Below, piece by piece: positions 28,307 to 39,948 of a stretch of DNA of 64,000 nt. The notes under the pieces were generated by a model. It was not told where the DNA came from and made no database searches. It saw only the letters and a program-made list of their open reading frames with translations. Position 1 is the stretch's first letter; every line of letters starts with the position of its first letter. The position numbers and the translations under genes were made by a program. Source of the DNA: Myxococcota bacterium (GTDB taxonomy: Bacteria > Myxococcota_A > Polyangia > Polyangiales > Houyiibacteriaceae); contig JBCCEK010000002.1 in NCBI GenBank assembly GCA_039030295.1, positions 3,978 to 67,977 on the forward strand, written 5' to 3'.

Positions 28307-30673
28307 TTACTCACGCGTCTTCAGCACGCCAACCAGGTCGAGTTCGTCGATTCGACGTCGGACGAGGAGCGAGCTCAGGATCGCGGAAACCACGATCACC
28401 AGAACGGCAACCGCGTAGGTTTGCTGAGAGATCATCAACGGAAGTCGAAACTGCTCCGGATCAGCCTGCTGATTGACCAGCGTCTCCGCCCCCCAAGCGC
28501 CGAACACCATCCCGATGGGAACGCCCACGAGGACCTGCAAGGCTTGCTCGCCCAAGAGGATCGACGACACTTCCGTTCGAGTAAAGCCGAGGACACGCAA
28601 CGTCGCCAGGTCCCGGCTGCGCATCGAAAGGCTCACCCGCGCGTTGTTGTAGACGACCGCGACCGCAATCGCGATGGCAAACAGGGTGAGGATCATCGTG
28701 ACGATCTCCCTAGTCCGCCGAGTTTGGCCTTCGAACTTATGGAGTACGTTCCGCTTGCGCGCGATCGATTGCACCCGTGGGATGTCGGTCAACCGGGACT
28801 GAAGCTCGGATTCGTACTTCGGGTCGACCCGAAGCATCGCGGTATCGAAGGTGGTTCCCTCCCGAAGGAACGTATGAAGCTCGTCCTTCTCCATGTAGCC
28901 TTGAAGACCGAACGACTCCTCGACAGTCCCCGTGAGCCGGAGATGCCGGGTGCTCCGGTCCCCCTCCTTGAGCTCGACCTCGATCAGATCGTTCGGCTCG
29001 GCCCCGAGCACTTCGGCGAGGATGCTGGTGACCAGCACTCCGGTGTGCGGAACCGTCACCTCCTCTTCGGAGACATCATAGAGTCGACGCAGGGTCGACC
29101 CCCTCGGGATCCCGATCAGGACCGTGTCCCGCCACCGAGGCCCGACCCTCATGCGTACGGGTGTCATTCGCAAGCCCTCCGCGTGAAGGACCCCCGGAAG
29201 GCTAGCCATATACCCGAGCGAACCTTCAGGAGCGTGTTCGGAAAGAACCACGGTGATGTCCTCTCGCTGCTTCTTGCCAAACTCCATGTCGAGGATGGGC
29301 TGCATCGCGTCCTCACCGAATCGACCCAGAATGACGATCGCGACCGCGAAAGCGATCCCCAACGACGAAACCAGCGTCCGCAACGGGCGCCTCCAGATCT
29401 CGCGCAACACCATCATCGTCGTGTTGGCGACGCGACGAAGGAGTGGGAAGCGCTCGATTGCGGACGCGCGGTATCGCGCCGGTGCCGGTGGGCGCATCGC
29501 CTCAGCGGGCGGCAGCGAGACGGCCCGACTGACGGAGATCGAGATGCCCGCCGCCCCAGCCGCGAAACTCGCGAGGATCGCATTGACACTGACGAATAGA
29601 TCCACGCGACCGCGGACCATCGGTAGCCGGAAGGACTGCGCAAAGAGATCGAGCAAACCGTTCCCCATCCACACGCCAAGCATCACTCCGAAGATCGATC
29701 CGAGGAGCACGATGACGCCAACCATCTTGAGGTAATGGGCCGCCACCGTCGCGTTTCCATAGCCAAGCGCCTTGACGATCGCGATCTGCGAGCGCTGCAA
29801 CGCAACGAGCCTCGAGAATACGACGTTGAGGAGGAAGGCGGCGACGGCAAGGAATACGACCGGTAGAAACAGGACGAGGCTTTCGATCTGCTGAAGCTCC
29901 CCTGTGAGGATCGAGTGAGACATCTGATGCTTGCGCGTCTGAGCCCCGAGGCCTCCGTAAGGCTTCAAGATTCGGTCGACGCCGACGAGCACCGATTCCC
30001 GACTCGCCCCGGGCTCGAGCCTCATCACAACGTTATTGAATGCGCCTTCCATCTGAAACGCTGCGGCAACGCTGTCTCGCGACATCCAAAGGGGGCCGTA
30101 CCGAGCGTCGTCGACGACGATGCTTCCCGGATCGACCGCAAACACGAACTCCGGGGACATGCCGACTCCGACGACGATCAAGTCGTGGAGCTTGCCGTTC
30201 AGGATCGCCGGTAGCGTCGAACCAGGAGTCAGGCCATGCGCGTCTGCGAAGGGCTCGTACACGACGACCTCCCCGCTTCGCCCTGGTTCCGGCATCCGAC
30301 CGGCCGTCAGAAGGACGTCGTTGAGGGGCGATCGCCCATGCGTCGGCACAGAGACCAAGGCACCGCGCGCGGGTGTGATCATCCCGTCGATGGGCAGCAA
30401 GACCTGCTCTACGATCCGCGGATATGCCTTCGACACCCCTGGAAGCTCCTCGAGGCGATCTGCGACGGCGTCAGGTGCACGCTTGAGCCCCGCGAACACG
30501 TCGGCAAACCGGTAGTTCTCGTAATAGGCCGCGCGAGCGTGGCCAAGGGCACGCCAGGTCGTCCGAAGGGTGATGTAACTACCGACACCGACCGCGACGA
30601 CGAGCGCGATCGTCAAGGTCTGGCCCTTCAAACGAAGTAGATCGCGCAGGAGTTTGCGGTCGAGGAGGTTCAC
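28307..30673 (-). CDS. ABC transporter permease with two FtsX domains (MacB/YbbP-like)
   Basis: 788 aa. [19 protein letters not shown]-terminus. Two blocks of four TM helices, each with a large periplasmic loop. ATGA-type 4-nt overlap with the ATPase gene. Confidence 0.8.
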   Translation of the reverse strand: MNLLDRKLLRDLLRLKGQTLTIALVVAVGVGSYITLRTTWRALGHARAAYYENYRFADVFAGLKRAPDAVADRLEELPGVSKAYPRIVEQVLLPIDGMITPARGALVSVPTHGRSPLNDVLLTAGRMPEPGRSGEVVVYEPFADAHGLTPGSTLPAILNGKLHDLIVVGVGMSPEFVFAVDPGSIVVDDARYGPLWMSRDSVAAAFQMEGAFNNVVMRLEPGASRESVLVGVDRILKPYGGLGAQTRKHQMSHSILTGELQQIESLVLFLPVVFLAVAAFLLNVVFSRLVALQRSQIAIVKALGYGNATVAAHYLKMVGVIVLLGSIFGVMLGVWMGNGLLDLFAQSFRLPMVRGRVDLFVSVNAILASFAAGAAGISISVSRAVSLPPAEAMRPPAPARYRASAIERFPLLRRVANTTMMVLREIWRRPLRTLVSSLGIAFAVAIVILGRFGEDAMQPILDMEFGKKQREDITVVLSEHAPEGSLGYMASLPGVLHAEGLRMTPVRMRVGPRWRDTVLIGIPRGSTLRRLYDVSEEEVTVPHTGVLVTSILAEVLGAEPNDLIEVELKEGDRSTRHLRLTGTVEESFGLQGYMEKDELHTFLREGTTFDTAMLRVDPKYESELQSRLTDIPRVQSIARKRNVLHKFEGQTRRTREIVTMILTLFAIAIAVAVVYNNARVSLSMRSRDLATLRVLGFTRTEVSSILLGEQALQVLVGVPIGMVFGAWGAETLVNQQADPEQFRLPLMISQQTYAVAVLVIVVSAILSSLLVRRRIDELDLVGVLKTRE

Positions 30674-31392
30674 CAGGAGAGTTCCTTGGGGGCGATCTTG
30701 TCGTCGTTCCGTCGATCTTCTTGGATTCGCCCATCCGACAACGAGACGACTCGGTCGGCCATCGATGCGAGCGGCGCATGGTGGGTGATGACCGCGGTGG
30801 TCGTTCCGAGGGAGCGATTGACCTCATCGATCACCTCGAGAACCTTGATTCCGGTTTTGAAGTCCAGGGCACCGGTCGGCTCGTCACACAAGAGAATGTC
30901 CGGCTGTTTGGCAACGGCGCGGGCAATCGCAACGCGCTGCTGTTCGCCTCCGGACAGCTGCGAGGGAAAATGGTCCACTCGTTCGGCGAGTCCGACCAGC
31001 GACAGAGCGTCGCTCGGATCGAGCGGTCGCTCCGATATCTCAGTGACCAACGCGACGTTCTCGCGGGCGGTCAGACTGGGAATCAAGTTGTAGAACTGGA
31101 AGACGAACCCGACATGCTGGCGGCGGAAACGAGTGAGCTCCCGGTCACCGGCCGTCGTGAGGTCTTGACCCAGGTAGGTGACGCGACCCTCCGTTGCGAC
31201 GTCCAGCCCCCCGAGTATGTTGAGCAGCGTCGATTTGCCGCTACCGGATGGCCCGAGCAACACCATGAGCTCGCCCTTGTGCAACCCGACGTTGACCCCG
31301 CGGAGGGCGTGGACGTCGACATCGCCCATCCGGTAGGTCTTGGTCACCCCATGGGCGGCCAACACGATCTCCCGATCTTGCGTCTCGGCCAC
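30670..31392 (-). CDS. ABC transporter ATP-binding protein (MacB/LolD-like)
   Basis: Walker [11 protein letters not shown]-loop, signature [14 protein letters not shown], Walker B ILLCDEPT. Confidence 0.9.
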   Translation of the reverse strand: MAETQDREIVLAAHGVTKTYRMGDVDVHALRGVNVGLHKGELMVLLGPSGSGKSTLLNILGGLDVATEGRVTYLGQDLTTAGDRELTRFRRQHVGFVFQFYNLIPSLTARENVALVTEISERPLDPSDALSLVGLAERVDHFPSQLSGGEQQRVAIARAVAKQPDILLCDEPTGALDFKTGIKVLEVIDEVNRSLGTTTAVITHHAPLASMADRVVSLSDGRIQEDRRNDDKIAPKELSW

Positions 31393-31534
31393 GGTGATGC
31401 GTTCCTACCATGCCTCCGGCTCGTTGCGGCGTACTCGAACGCGCAGGAGCTGCGCCTGTGGTCGGCTACCCGCAAAAACTGCACGCCGCGATCACGAGTC
31501 GCGTCCCCGACCAAGGCGCATCCGGGAGGCAGTC

Positions 31535-31804
31535 TTAGTCGATCCCGAGCTTCTGCTTGAGGTTCTTCATCCGCAGTCGCACGTCGGATCCAAGGGCTTT
31601 GAGCTCTTCTCCCACGTCGTCGGCAACCGCGTCCAAGCGGCTTTCGAAGTCCGCGAGGCGCGGCTTGATGTCCTCCCAGGCGTCCTTGGCGTCCATCCCC
31701 GCGAGGTGCATTTTCACACGGATTTCGTCGGCCATACGCCTCAGGTCCTCGCGCGTATCGTCTAGATCCTGCCTGAAAGATCTGTTGGCTTCTTGAGCGC
31801 TCAT
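31535..31804 (-). CDS. Hypothetical small all-helical charged protein
   Basis: 89 aa, heptad-like Asp/Glu/Arg/Lys-rich sequence, no TM segment, no known motif. Divergent from nqrA. Confidence 0.45.
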   Translation of the reverse strand: MSAQEANRSFRQDLDDTREDLRRMADEIRVKMHLAGMDAKDAWEDIKPRLADFESRLDAVADDVGEELKALGSDVRLRMKNLKQKLGID

Positions 31805-31896
31805 GATCGCCTCCTCCTACGGGTGCTCCCTGCAGCCAGCGTGCCAACGGCGACGGGTACGCTTCTTGCTGCTGGCTGTTGAGGCAAAGCCGAACC

Positions 31897-33243
31897 ATGG
31901 CGATCAAGATTCGAAAAGGCCTCGATATCCCCTTGGCCGGAAGACCTGCGCAGCAAATCGAGCCGGCCAACCCGGTGGGTTGGGTTGGGGTCGTCGCCGC
32001 GGACTACCGGGGACTGCAAGCGAAGGTCGCGGTCGAGGTCGGCGAACATGTGCAACTGGGCCAGCCCTTGCTCTGCGACCGGTTCCGTCCCGAGATCGTG
32101 TTTACCGCCCCGGGTGCGGGCGAGGTGGTCGCCGTCCATCGCGGTTCACGCCGGTCGCTGCAGACGGTCGTCGTGCGTCTCGAAGGGAAGTCCGAGCGAA
32201 CTTTCGCCTCGTACGACCGTGGCGGGCTGATGCAGATCGATCGCGAAGCCGTTCGTCGACAAATGCTCGCGTCAGGACTGTGGCCGTCCCTTCGTACGCG
32301 ACCCTTCAGCACGATCCCCGACCCGATGAGTGTCCCGCATTCGATCTTCGTGACGGCGATCGATACCAACCCACTTGCCGCCGACCCCGAAGTGGTGATC
32401 CGAGAGCGTTCGGACGCGTTCTCGGACGGCGTATCCGTGATGACGCGGTTGACCGATGGACCGGTCTACGTGTGCCACCGAGATGGCGCCAACCTTGGCC
32501 TGCCGAAACACGACTCCGTCAAGGCCGTGGGTTTCGCTGGGCCGCACCCCGCCGGCTTGCCCGGCACGCACGTACACTACCTCGACCCTGTCGACGAGAC
32601 CAAGGTCGTCTGGCATCTCCAGTACCAGGACGTCATTGCGATCGGCGCCTTGTTCACCACAGGCCGCATCGACACCGAGCGTGTCGTGTCCCTCGGCGGG
32701 CCCGTCGTTCGAAACCCACGATTGGTACGAACGAGGTTGGGCGCGAGCACCGAGGATCTCTTGGCCGGAGAGCTCGAACCCGTCGAATGTCGCGTGATCT
32801 CCGGTTCGATCCTGGGGGGCAGGCGGGCGGCCGGGCATGCCAGGTACCTCGGTCCACGCGACCTCCAGGTCACCGTTCTGCACGAGGACCGTTCGCGTCA
32901 CTTTCTGGATTGGCTCGCCCCGGGTTTCGGCAAGTACTCCGCTATCCAAGCGTTTGCCTCGAGCGTGACAAGACGGCGGGAGTTCGCCCTCACGACATCG
33001 CAGCACGGAAGCCCGAGAGCGATGGTGCCGATCGGAAACTTCGAGAAGGTCATGCCCCTCGACATTCTTCCCGCGCCGCTGCTCAAAGCACTCATCGTTG
33101 GCGACACCGAGTCTGCGCGTGCACTCGGTTGCCTCGAGCTCGACGAAGAAGACCTGGCCCTGTGCTCGTTCGTCTGCTGCAGCAAGTACGAATACGGCCC
33201 CTATCTTCGACAGACCCTCAGCGCGATTGCGGAGGCTCGGTGA
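31897..33243 (+). CDS. nqrA: Na+-translocating NADH:quinone oxidoreductase subunit A
   Basis: Start at [17 protein letters not shown] (canonical NqrA N-terminus). First gene of the nqrABCDEF order. Confidence 0.88.
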   Translation: MAIKIRKGLDIPLAGRPAQQIEPANPVGWVGVVAADYRGLQAKVAVEVGEHVQLGQPLLCDRFRPEIVFTAPGAGEVVAVHRGSRRSLQTVVVRLEGKSERTFASYDRGGLMQIDREAVRRQMLASGLWPSLRTRPFSTIPDPMSVPHSIFVTAIDTNPLAADPEVVIRERSDAFSDGVSVMTRLTDGPVYVCHRDGANLGLPKHDSVKAVGFAGPHPAGLPGTHVHYLDPVDETKVVWHLQYQDVIAIGALFTTGRIDTERVVSLGGPVVRNPRLVRTRLGASTEDLLAGELEPVECRVISGSILGGRRAAGHARYLGPRDLQVTVLHEDRSRHFLDWLAPGFGKYSAIQAFASSVTRRREFALTTSQHGSPRAMVPIGNFEKVMPLDILPAPLLKALIVGDTESARALGCLELDEEDLALCSFVCCSKYEYGPYLRQTLSAIAEAR

Positions 33244-34457
33244 TGCGGCCACTGAGGAAGTTGCTCGACAAGCTTGAACCGCACTTCGCAAAGGGCGGGA
33301 GGCTGCAAGGGTATCAGGCCATCTACGAGATGGTCGACAACCTCTTCTATTCGCCGCCAGACGTCGCGCGTCATGCCCCGCACGCCCGCGACGCGATCGA
33401 TCTCAAACGCGTCATGGGACTCGTGGTCGTGGCCGTCGTGCCGTGCGCGATCGTCGGTATGTGGGACACCGGGTATCAAGCGAATCTCGCCCTTGAGGAG
33501 CTTCAGCTGAGCGAGCCCGCAGGTTGGCGAGGACACCTCATGGCAACCTTGGGCATCGCCGGTGACCCGAGCAGCGTCGGCGCCAATCTCCTCCATGGTT
33601 CGCTGTATCTACTCCCCATCTACATCGTGACCCTGCTCGCTGGAGGCCTTTGGGAAGTCTTGTTCGCAGGTGTTCGCAACCACGAGATCAACGAAGGCTT
33701 CTTCGTTACGTCCATCCTCTACGTTCTCATTCTTCCCGCCACGACTCCGCTTTGGCAGGTGGCGCTCGGGATCTCCTTTGGCGTGGTCATCGCGAAGGAG
33801 GTGTTCGGCGGCACGGGAAAGAACTTCATGAACCCAGCCCTTGCCGGGCGAGCGTTCCTATACTTCGCGTATCCGGCAGATATGTCGGGCGACGCTGTTT
33901 GGGTCCCCCCGGTCGATGTCGTCACCGGCGCGACGCCCCTCGGGATAGCTGCGGAGAAGGGCGTCGAGGGCGTTCTTCAGAGTGGGGTGAGCTGGATGGA
34001 TGCGTTCCTTGGTCCGATCCAGGGGTCCCTCGGAGAGACGTCCGCATTGGCCTGTCTGCTCGGAGGCGCGTTCTTGGTGTACAGCGGAATCGCCTCGTGG
34101 CGGATCATCGTCGCCGTCTTCCTCGGGATGGTCGCCACGACCCTGGCGTTCAACGCGATTGGCTCCGACACCAATCCGATGTTCGCGATGCCCTGGTACT
34201 GGCATCTCGTCCTTGGCGGCTTCGCGTTCGGCATGGTGTTCATGGCGACGGACCCCGTTACCGCATGCGCAACGAACGCCGGGCGGTGGGTGTTTGGCTT
34301 CCTGATCGGGTTGATCACGGTCGTCATTCGCGTTGCGAACCCGGCCTTCCCCGAAGGGATCATGCTCGCGATCCTCTTCGCCAACATCTTCGCACCGACG
34401 ATCGACTACTTCGTCATGCAAGCCAACATCCGGCGGAGGGCGCGCCGACATGCCTGA
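33243..34457 (+). CDS. nqrB: Na+-NQR subunit B
   Basis: TGATG junction with nqrA. Polytopic membrane protein. FMN-attachment motif VVTGATPLG. The upstream part of the 884-aa ORF overlaps nqrA in another frame. Confidence 0.88.
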   Translation: MRPLRKLLDKLEPHFAKGGRLQGYQAIYEMVDNLFYSPPDVARHAPHARDAIDLKRVMGLVVVAVVPCAIVGMWDTGYQANLALEELQLSEPAGWRGHLMATLGIAGDPSSVGANLLHGSLYLLPIYIVTLLAGGLWEVLFAGVRNHEINEGFFVTSILYVLILPATTPLWQVALGISFGVVIAKEVFGGTGKNFMNPALAGRAFLYFAYPADMSGDAVWVPPVDVVTGATPLGIAAEKGVEGVLQSGVSWMDAFLGPIQGSLGETSALACLLGGAFLVYSGIASWRIIVAVFLGMVATTLAFNAIGSDTNPMFAMPWYWHLVLGGFAFGMVFMATDPVTACATNAGRWVFGFLIGLITVVIRVANPAFPEGIMLAILFANIFAPTIDYFVMQANIRRRARRHA

Positions 34458-35241
34458 AACCGAAACGCCAACCGGGGAGCGTGCCACCACGACCCTGCTC
34501 GTCGCCTTGGGCGTGAGTCTGGTCTGCTCGTCCCTCGTCGCGTCCGCGGCGGTGGTCCTCAAGCCGCGACAGGAAGCGAACCGGCTCCGCGAGGTCCAGC
34601 GGAACATCCTCGAGGTTTCCGGTCTCGAAGGCACCGTACGCCTCGACGAGGAGGGTCTCGAGCGCGTCGAGGTGCGAGTTATCGACTTGCAAGAAGGCAC
34701 CTACGTCGAGGTCGACCCGACGGGTTTCGACCCCGCGGAAGCCGCCAAGGATCCCGAAACGAGCGTCGCGGTCCCACCCGAGATCGACCGAGCTCGTATC
34801 GGTCGGAGGGCCAAGTGGGGCGTTGTCTACCTGGTTCGCTCGGAGAGCGACGAGCTCGAGCGGATCATCCTACCCGTGTCGGGCCAGGGGCTCTGGTCGA
34901 CGATGTACGGTTTCATCGCCCTCGAGATGGACGGCAACACCATCGCTGCAGTCACATTCTACGAGCACGGAGAGACCCCGGGCCTCGGGGATCAGATCGC
35001 AGACCCTTCGTGGCGCTCTCAATGGGAGGGTAAGCAGGTCTTCGACCAAGAAGGCCGAGTCAGGTTCGAGGTCGCCAAGGGGGCCGTCTCCGATAGCGAC
35101 CCGCTGTCGACCCATCGCGTCGACGGGATCTCGGGGGCCACGCTCACCGGGAACGGCGTGACCCATCTGATTCGGTACTGGCTCGGTGACCACGGGTACG
35201 GGCCTTACCTCGATTCCTTTCAGGGAAAGGGCACCCCATGA
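34450..35241 (+). CDS. nqrC: Na+-NQR subunit C
   Basis: Single N-terminal TM. FMN-attachment motif [13 protein letters not shown]. 8-nt overlap with nqrB. Confidence 0.88.
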   Translation: MPETETPTGERATTTLLVALGVSLVCSSLVASAAVVLKPRQEANRLREVQRNILEVSGLEGTVRLDEEGLERVEVRVIDLQEGTYVEVDPTGFDPAEAAKDPETSVAVPPEIDRARIGRRAKWGVVYLVRSESDELERIILPVSGQGLWSTMYGFIALEMDGNTIAAVTFYEHGETPGLGDQIADPSWRSQWEGKQVFDQEGRVRFEVAKGAVSDSDPLSTHRVDGISGATLTGNGVTHLIRYWLGDHGYGPYLDSFQGKGTP

Positions 35242-35903
35242 AATCGGAAGCCAGACGCGCCCTCGTCGAGCCGATCGTCGACAACAACCCAGTGACGCTC
35301 CATGTGCTCGGCGTCTGCTCGGCGCTCGCCGTCACCACTGCACTCCTGCCGTCGCTCTACATGGCGCTTGCGCTGACCTCGGTGGCCGCGCTCGCCAACG
35401 CGGCGGTGAGCGCAATTCGTCGACTCCTGCCCAACAGCATTCGGATCATCGTTCAAATGACGATCATCGCGTCACTCGTCATCGTGGTCGAGCAGCTCTT
35501 GAGAGCATTCGCGTACGACATCAGCCGCGAGCTCTCGGTGTTCGTCGGGCTGATCATCACGAACTGCATCGTTCTTGGAAGGACGGAGAGCTTCGCCTCG
35601 AAGAACCCAGTAGGTCTGAGCTTCCTCGACGGGATCGGCAACGGCCTCGGATACAGCGTGGTCTTGATCCTGGTTGCAGGGACGCGAGAACTCCTGGGGG
35701 CGGGAACGCTTCTCGGATTCACGATCCTGCCGACGGTCGCCGAGGGCGGCTGGTACGAGCCCAACGGCATGATGCTTCTGCCGCCGAGCGCGTTCTTCGT
35801 CATCGGATTGATGATCTGGGCGGTCCGGTCGTGGAAGGCCGAGCAGGTGGAGAAGCCCGAATTCAGGATCAGCGAGGTCCATCGGACGGAGGCGCTGCAA
35901 TGA
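35238..35903 (+). CDS. nqrD: Na+-NQR subunit D
   Basis: ATGA overlap with nqr[18 protein letters not shown] and [18 protein letters not shown] motifs. Confidence 0.88.
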   Translation: MKSEARRALVEPIVDNNPVTLHVLGVCSALAVTTALLPSLYMALALTSVAALANAAVSAIRRLLPNSIRIIVQMTIIASLVIVVEQLLRAFAYDISRELSVFVGLIITNCIVLGRTESFASKNPVGLSFLDGIGNGLGYSVVLILVAGTRELLGAGTLLGFTILPTVAEGGWYEPNGMMLLPPSAFFVIGLMIWAVRSWKAEQVEKPEFRISEVHRTEALQ

Positions 35904-36508
35904 GTGACTACGTCGAGCTCTTCATCCAGTCGGTGTTCGTCGAGAATCTCGCCCTCTCGTTCTTCCTCGGCATGTGCACCTTCTTGGCGGTTTCCAAGCG
36001 ACTCGAAACCGCTTTCGGCCTCGGTGCCGCGGTCGTCGTCGTCCAGTTGATCACGGTTCCTGCCAACACCTTTCTTTTTGACCGTGTCCTCGCCGAGGGC
36101 GCCCTCAGCTGGGCCGGCTTTCCCGAGGTTGACCTCAGCTTTCTCGGACTAGTCACCTACATCGGTGTGATCGCGGCGATGGTTCAGGTGCTCGAGATGG
36201 TGCTCGATCGGTACTTTCCACGGCTCTTCCACGCACTCGGAATCTACTTGCCTCTGATCACCGTGAACTGTGCGATCCTCGGGGGTACGCTTTTCTCGGT
36301 GGAGCGGGACTACACGATGCCCGAGAGCGTCGTGTACGGGGTGGGCAGCGGGGTCGGTTGGGCCCTGGCGTTGATCGGGCTCGCCGGGATTCGTGAGAAA
36401 CTCAAGTACAGCGATGTCCCCGAGGGCCTCCAGGGCCTCGGCATTGCTTTCATCATCGTCGGCCTGATGTCGCTCGGGTTCATGGCGTTCACCGGGATTC
36501 AACTGTAG
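35900..36508 (+). CDS. nqrE: Na+-NQR subunit E
   Basis: ATGA overlap with nqr[19 protein letters not shown] and [12 protein letters not shown] motifs. Confidence 0.88.
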   Translation: MSDYVELFIQSVFVENLALSFFLGMCTFLAVSKRLETAFGLGAAVVVVQLITVPANTFLFDRVLAEGALSWAGFPEVDLSFLGLVTYIGVIAAMVQVLEMVLDRYFPRLFHALGIYLPLITVNCAILGGTLFSVERDYTMPESVVYGVGSGVGWALALIGLAGIREKLKYSDVPEGLQGLGIAFIIVGLMSLGFMAFTGIQL

Positions 36509-36518
36509 GAGCCGCGCG

Positions 36519-37742
36519 ATGGTCGAGGTAGTTGCCGCTGTCGTCGTCTTCACCGTCATCGTGGTCACCCTGTCCGGCCTGATCCTTCTCGCACGATCGC
36601 GGTTGACCGAAAGCGGCACGGTTGTACTCGTCGTCAACGAGGACCGACGATACGAGGTCGCGACCGGTCGGAAGTTGCTTTCGACTCTCGCCGAGGTAGG
36701 GCTTTATCTACCGGCGGCCTGCGGCGGCAAGGGCACGTGCGGTCAGTGTCGGGTGGCGGTCCTCGAAGGCGGAGGGCCCTTGCTTCCGACGGAGGCGGGA
36801 CTGGTCAGTCCGCGCGAGGCCAACAACCACGTCCGCCTCGGGTGTCAGGTCAGCGTTCGCGAGGACCTGCGCGTGCGAGTCCCGGACGAACTCTTCGGAG
36901 TGCGTTCGTGGGAGTGCACGGTGCGCTCCACGCGTGGCGTCAGCACCTACATCAAGGAGCTCGTGTTCGAGCTACCGACCGGAGAGGAGATGCCATTTAA
37001 GGCAGGTGGATACGTGCAAGTCGAGTGCCCTCGGTACCGCGCGAGTTTCGCGGACTTCGACATCGAGCCGGAGTATCGGGTCGAATGGGACCGCCGAAAC
37101 CTGTGGCGCCTCGAGGCTGTGGCGACGGAGCCTACGACGCGCGCCTATTCGATGGCGAACTACCCGGGCGAAAAGGGAATCATCATGCTCGACGTGGGGA
37201 TCGCGACGCCGCCACCCGGAGCTGACGACCGAGTGCCGCCCGGCGTCGTGTCGTCGTACCTATTCAGCCTGCGCGATGGCGACCGAGTCGTCCTTACCGG
37301 TCCGTACGGTGAGTTCTTCGCCAAGGATACCGAGCGGGAGATGGTGTTCATTGGCGGAGGGACGGGGATGGCCCCGCTTCGTTCGCACATTCTGGATCAA
37401 CTCAAGCGCATCGGAACCAACCGTCGTATTTCGTTCTGGTTTGGTGTTCGGTCGGTCCGGGATCTCTTCTACGTTGACGAGTTCGAAGCGTTGGCCGCCG
37501 AGCACGACAACTTCTCGTATACCGTCTCGCTATCAGAACCAGACCCCAACGACGACTGGACGGGGGCGGTCGGCTTCATCCATCAAGTCGCATTCGATCG
37601 CTACCTTAGCGACCATCCGGCGCCTGAGGATTGTGAGTACTACTTGTGTGGGCCGCCGTTGATGATCGCGGCGGTCACCGAGATGCTTCGCGACCTCGGG
37701 GTCAGCGAAGACGACATCATGTTCGACGATTTCGGAGGTTGA
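36519..37742 (+). CDS. nqrF: Na+-NQR subunit F
   Basis: N-terminal TM. Plant-type 2Fe-2S motif CGGKGTCGQCRV...C. FAD motif RAYSMAN. NADH motif GGGTGMAPLRS. Confidence 0.9.
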   Translation: MVEVVAAVVVFTVIVVTLSGLILLARSRLTESGTVVLVVNEDRRYEVATGRKLLSTLAEVGLYLPAACGGKGTCGQCRVAVLEGGGPLLPTEAGLVSPREANNHVRLGCQVSVREDLRVRVPDELFGVRSWECTVRSTRGVSTYIKELVFELPTGEEMPFKAGGYVQVECPRYRASFADFDIEPEYRVEWDRRNLWRLEAVATEPTTRAYSMANYPGEKGIIMLDVGIATPPPGADDRVPPGVVSSYLFSLRDGDRVVLTGPYGEFFAKDTEREMVFIGGGTGMAPLRSHILDQLKRIGTNRRISFWFGVRSVRDLFYVDEFEALAAEHDNFSYTVSLSEPDPNDDWTGAVGFIHQVAFDRYLSDHPAPEDCEYYLCGPPLMIAAVTEMLRDLGVSEDDIMFDDFGG

Positions 37743-37743
37743 G

Positions 37744-37920
37744 ATGGCCGTCTACATCATGAGTTTCCTGCTCTTCTCGATCGCCGTCGCCGGGCTGTCC
37801 ATCGGCCTGCTGGCGGGTCGAGGAATCCGCGGTACTTGCGGCGGGCTCAACGGTCCGGACGGTTGCGGAGCGTGCGGCCGCGAACGTCGAGATAGCTGTC
37901 CGCGCCGGGGTAAACCATGA
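37744..37920 (+). CDS. nqrM: (Na+)-NQR maturation factor NqrM-like small protein (58 aa, absent from the supplied ORF track)
   Basis: Hand translation: MAVYIMSFLLFSIAVAGLSIGLLAGRGIRGTCGGLNGPDGCGACGRERRDSCPRRGKP. One TM helix plus four Cys including the G-[ST]-C-G-G motif. Starts 1 nt after the nqrF stop, and its stop overlaps the next ATG (ATGA). Confidence 0.7.
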   Translation: MAVYIMSFLLFSIAVAGLSIGLLAGRGIRGTCGGLNGPDGCGACGRERRDSCPRRGKP

Positions 37921-38321
37921 AAGCCGCGGACACGACCCGCGTCCGGGACTTCATGATACCGCGCCCCGTGATCCTCGGGGCCGACTCGGAGCTGCTCGAT
38001 GCCGCGAAGGTTCTGGTCGATCGCCAGATCTCGGGCGCCCCGGTCGTCGACGACAAGGGAACGCTCGTGGGCGTGTTGACGGAACGAGATCTCCTCGAAG
38101 CGGTCGTCGTCGCAGGATACCACGACGAAGGAGGCGGGCGCGTAGCCGACTACATGACCCGTGAGGTAGAGGTGGCACGCACCGAGGACACACTGTTCGA
38201 CGTCGCGAGGCGATTCATCGCTGGAACAGAGCGGCGGTTTCCCGTCATCGAAGACAACCGTATCGTTGGTCTCGTGACCCGACGCGATGTACTCCGCGTC
38301 GTCCTCGGCTCTCGAGGTTAG
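37917..38321 (+). CDS. CBS-pair domain protein
   Basis: 134 aa with two CBS repeats (VRDFMIPRPVIL...SGAPVVDDKGTLVGVLTERDLL; VADYMTREVEV...RFPVIEDNRIVGLVTRRDVL). Confidence 0.85.
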   Translation: MKAADTTRVRDFMIPRPVILGADSELLDAAKVLVDRQISGAPVVDDKGTLVGVLTERDLLEAVVVAGYHDEGGGRVADYMTREVEVARTEDTLFDVARRFIAGTERRFPVIEDNRIVGLVTRRDVLRVVLGSRG

Positions 38322-38325
38322 CGCG

Positions 38326-39939
38326 ATGGCCGCAGAGTACATTCTCGCCATCGACCTCGGGACGAGCGGGCCCAAAGTTGCCCTGGTCAGCACCCAAGGC
38401 GAGGTGGTCGCTTCCGAGGTCGAGTCCACGGAGCTCTTCCTGAGTGATGGCGGAGGCGCCGAGCAGGATCCGGACGACTGGTGGCGCGCGATCACGACCG
38501 CCACACGGCGGATCACCGACCGCTACCTCGTGCCGACGGAGCAAATCCTCGCGGTGGCTGTTACGTCGCAGTGGGCCGGCACCGTCCCGGTCGATGCTCA
38601 AGGCAACGCGCTCGGTCGCGCGATCATTTGGCTCGACTCGCGGGGCGCCAAGTACGTCCCGGAAGTCACAGGCGGGTGGGTTCGCATCCAAGGATACGGC
38701 GCTCGCAAACTGGAGAGCTGGCTTCGGAAAACCGGGGGAGTTCCGAGCCTTGCTGGCAAGGAGCCTGTCGCGCACATCCTTTTTCTTCGACACGAGCGAC
38801 CGGAGGTCTACGCGGGTGCGTACAAGTTCATGGAGCCCAAGGACTATCTGAACCTCCGGCTCACGGGCGAATTTGTCGCCACCGTCGATTCGATCGCCCT
38901 GCACTGGGTCACCAACAACCGCGATATCGACGACGTCCGATACGACGACCAACTACTGACGCAGAGCACGCTGCCTCGGGACAAGCTGCCCAACTTGGTT
39001 CGCGCTGTCGACGTCGTCGGGCACCTCACGGACAAGGCCGCCATCGAACTGGGACTCGACGCCGGCACCAAGGTGGTGGGGGGGACGCCTGACGTTCCGG
39101 CCGCTGCAGTAGGCTCCGGTGCCGTCCGCGACTTTGAAGGTCACATCTACATCGGAACGTCGTCGTGGCTCACCTGCCACGTCCCATTCAAGAAGACCGA
39201 CCTCGCGAACAACATGGCGTCCCTTCCGTCGGCTCTGCCCGGTCGGTACTTCATCGGAAACGAACAAGAGACGGCGGGGGCCTGCATGACCTGGCTCCGG
39301 GACAACGTGTTTTGCCGGGACGACGCCCTCGACCCGGGAGCTCCGCCAGACGACGTGTTCGAGCGCTTCGGTAAACTGGCCGCCGAAGCCCCAGCAGGAA
39401 GCGACAAGGTCCTCTTCACGCCTTGGCTCTACGGTGAGCATACTCCGGTGGCCAACCCGCATCTGCGGGCCGCCTTCGCGAACGTGTCCCTGCGCACGAC
39501 TCGAGCCCACTTGATTCGGGCGGTGATGGAGGGCGTCGCGTACAACACGCGCTGGCTCATGCGAGGCGTCGAGTCCTTCAACGGGCAACCGTTCGAGAGC
39601 CTCCGTTTCATCGGTGGCGGGGCGAAATCTGAGCTCTGGTGTCAGATTCTCGCCGACGTGCTGAACCGGCCGATCGACCAAGTCGCGGACCCGCTATCCG
39701 CAAACGTCCGAGGAGCGGCGTTCGTTGCCGCGGTCGGTCTCGGTCGCCTCCGAGTCGATGATATCCCGGCGCTCGTGCCAATCGAACGGCGATACTCGCC
39801 AAACCCGGCGCACCGGGCGATCTACGAAGAGCTGTTTTCCGCCTTCCTGACGTTCCAGAAGAACAACGAAGCGATGTACAATCGCTTGAACGCCAGCGCG
39901 CCGCGCGCCGCGCCGGCCGACGAAGGAAAGGCCCCATAG
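38326..39939 (+). CDS. FGGY-family carbohydrate kinase (xylulokinase-like)
   Basis: Start at MAAEYILAIDLGTSGPKVAL (FGGY N-terminal phosphate-1 motif). C-terminal FIGGGAKSELWCQILADV motif. Confidence 0.8.
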   Translation: MAAEYILAIDLGTSGPKVALVSTQGEVVASEVESTELFLSDGGGAEQDPDDWWRAITTATRRITDRYLVPTEQILAVAVTSQWAGTVPVDAQGNALGRAIIWLDSRGAKYVPEVTGGWVRIQGYGARKLESWLRKTGGVPSLAGKEPVAHILFLRHERPEVYAGAYKFMEPKDYLNLRLTGEFVATVDSIALHWVTNNRDIDDVRYDDQLLTQSTLPRDKLPNLVRAVDVVGHLTDKAAIELGLDAGTKVVGGTPDVPAAAVGSGAVRDFEGHIYIGTSSWLTCHVPFKKTDLANNMASLPSALPGRYFIGNEQETAGACMTWLRDNVFCRDDALDPGAPPDDVFERFGKLAAEAPAGSDKVLFTPWLYGEHTPVANPHLRAAFANVSLRTTRAHLIRAVMEGVAYNTRWLMRGVESFNGQPFESLRFIGGGAKSELWCQILADVLNRPIDQVADPLSANVRGAAFVAAVGLGRLRVDDIPALVPIERRYSPNPAHRAIYEELFSAFLTFQKNNEAMYNRLNASAPRAAPADEGKAP

Positions 39940-39948
39940 GTCGAACCG

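Noticed and set aside
31803-33242. 5' 480 codons of the 884-aa ORF that contains nqrB
   Set aside because: Overlaps nqrA in a different frame and is Arg/Pro-rich. The NqrB sequence starts at the ATG at 33243, which overlaps the nqrA stop.
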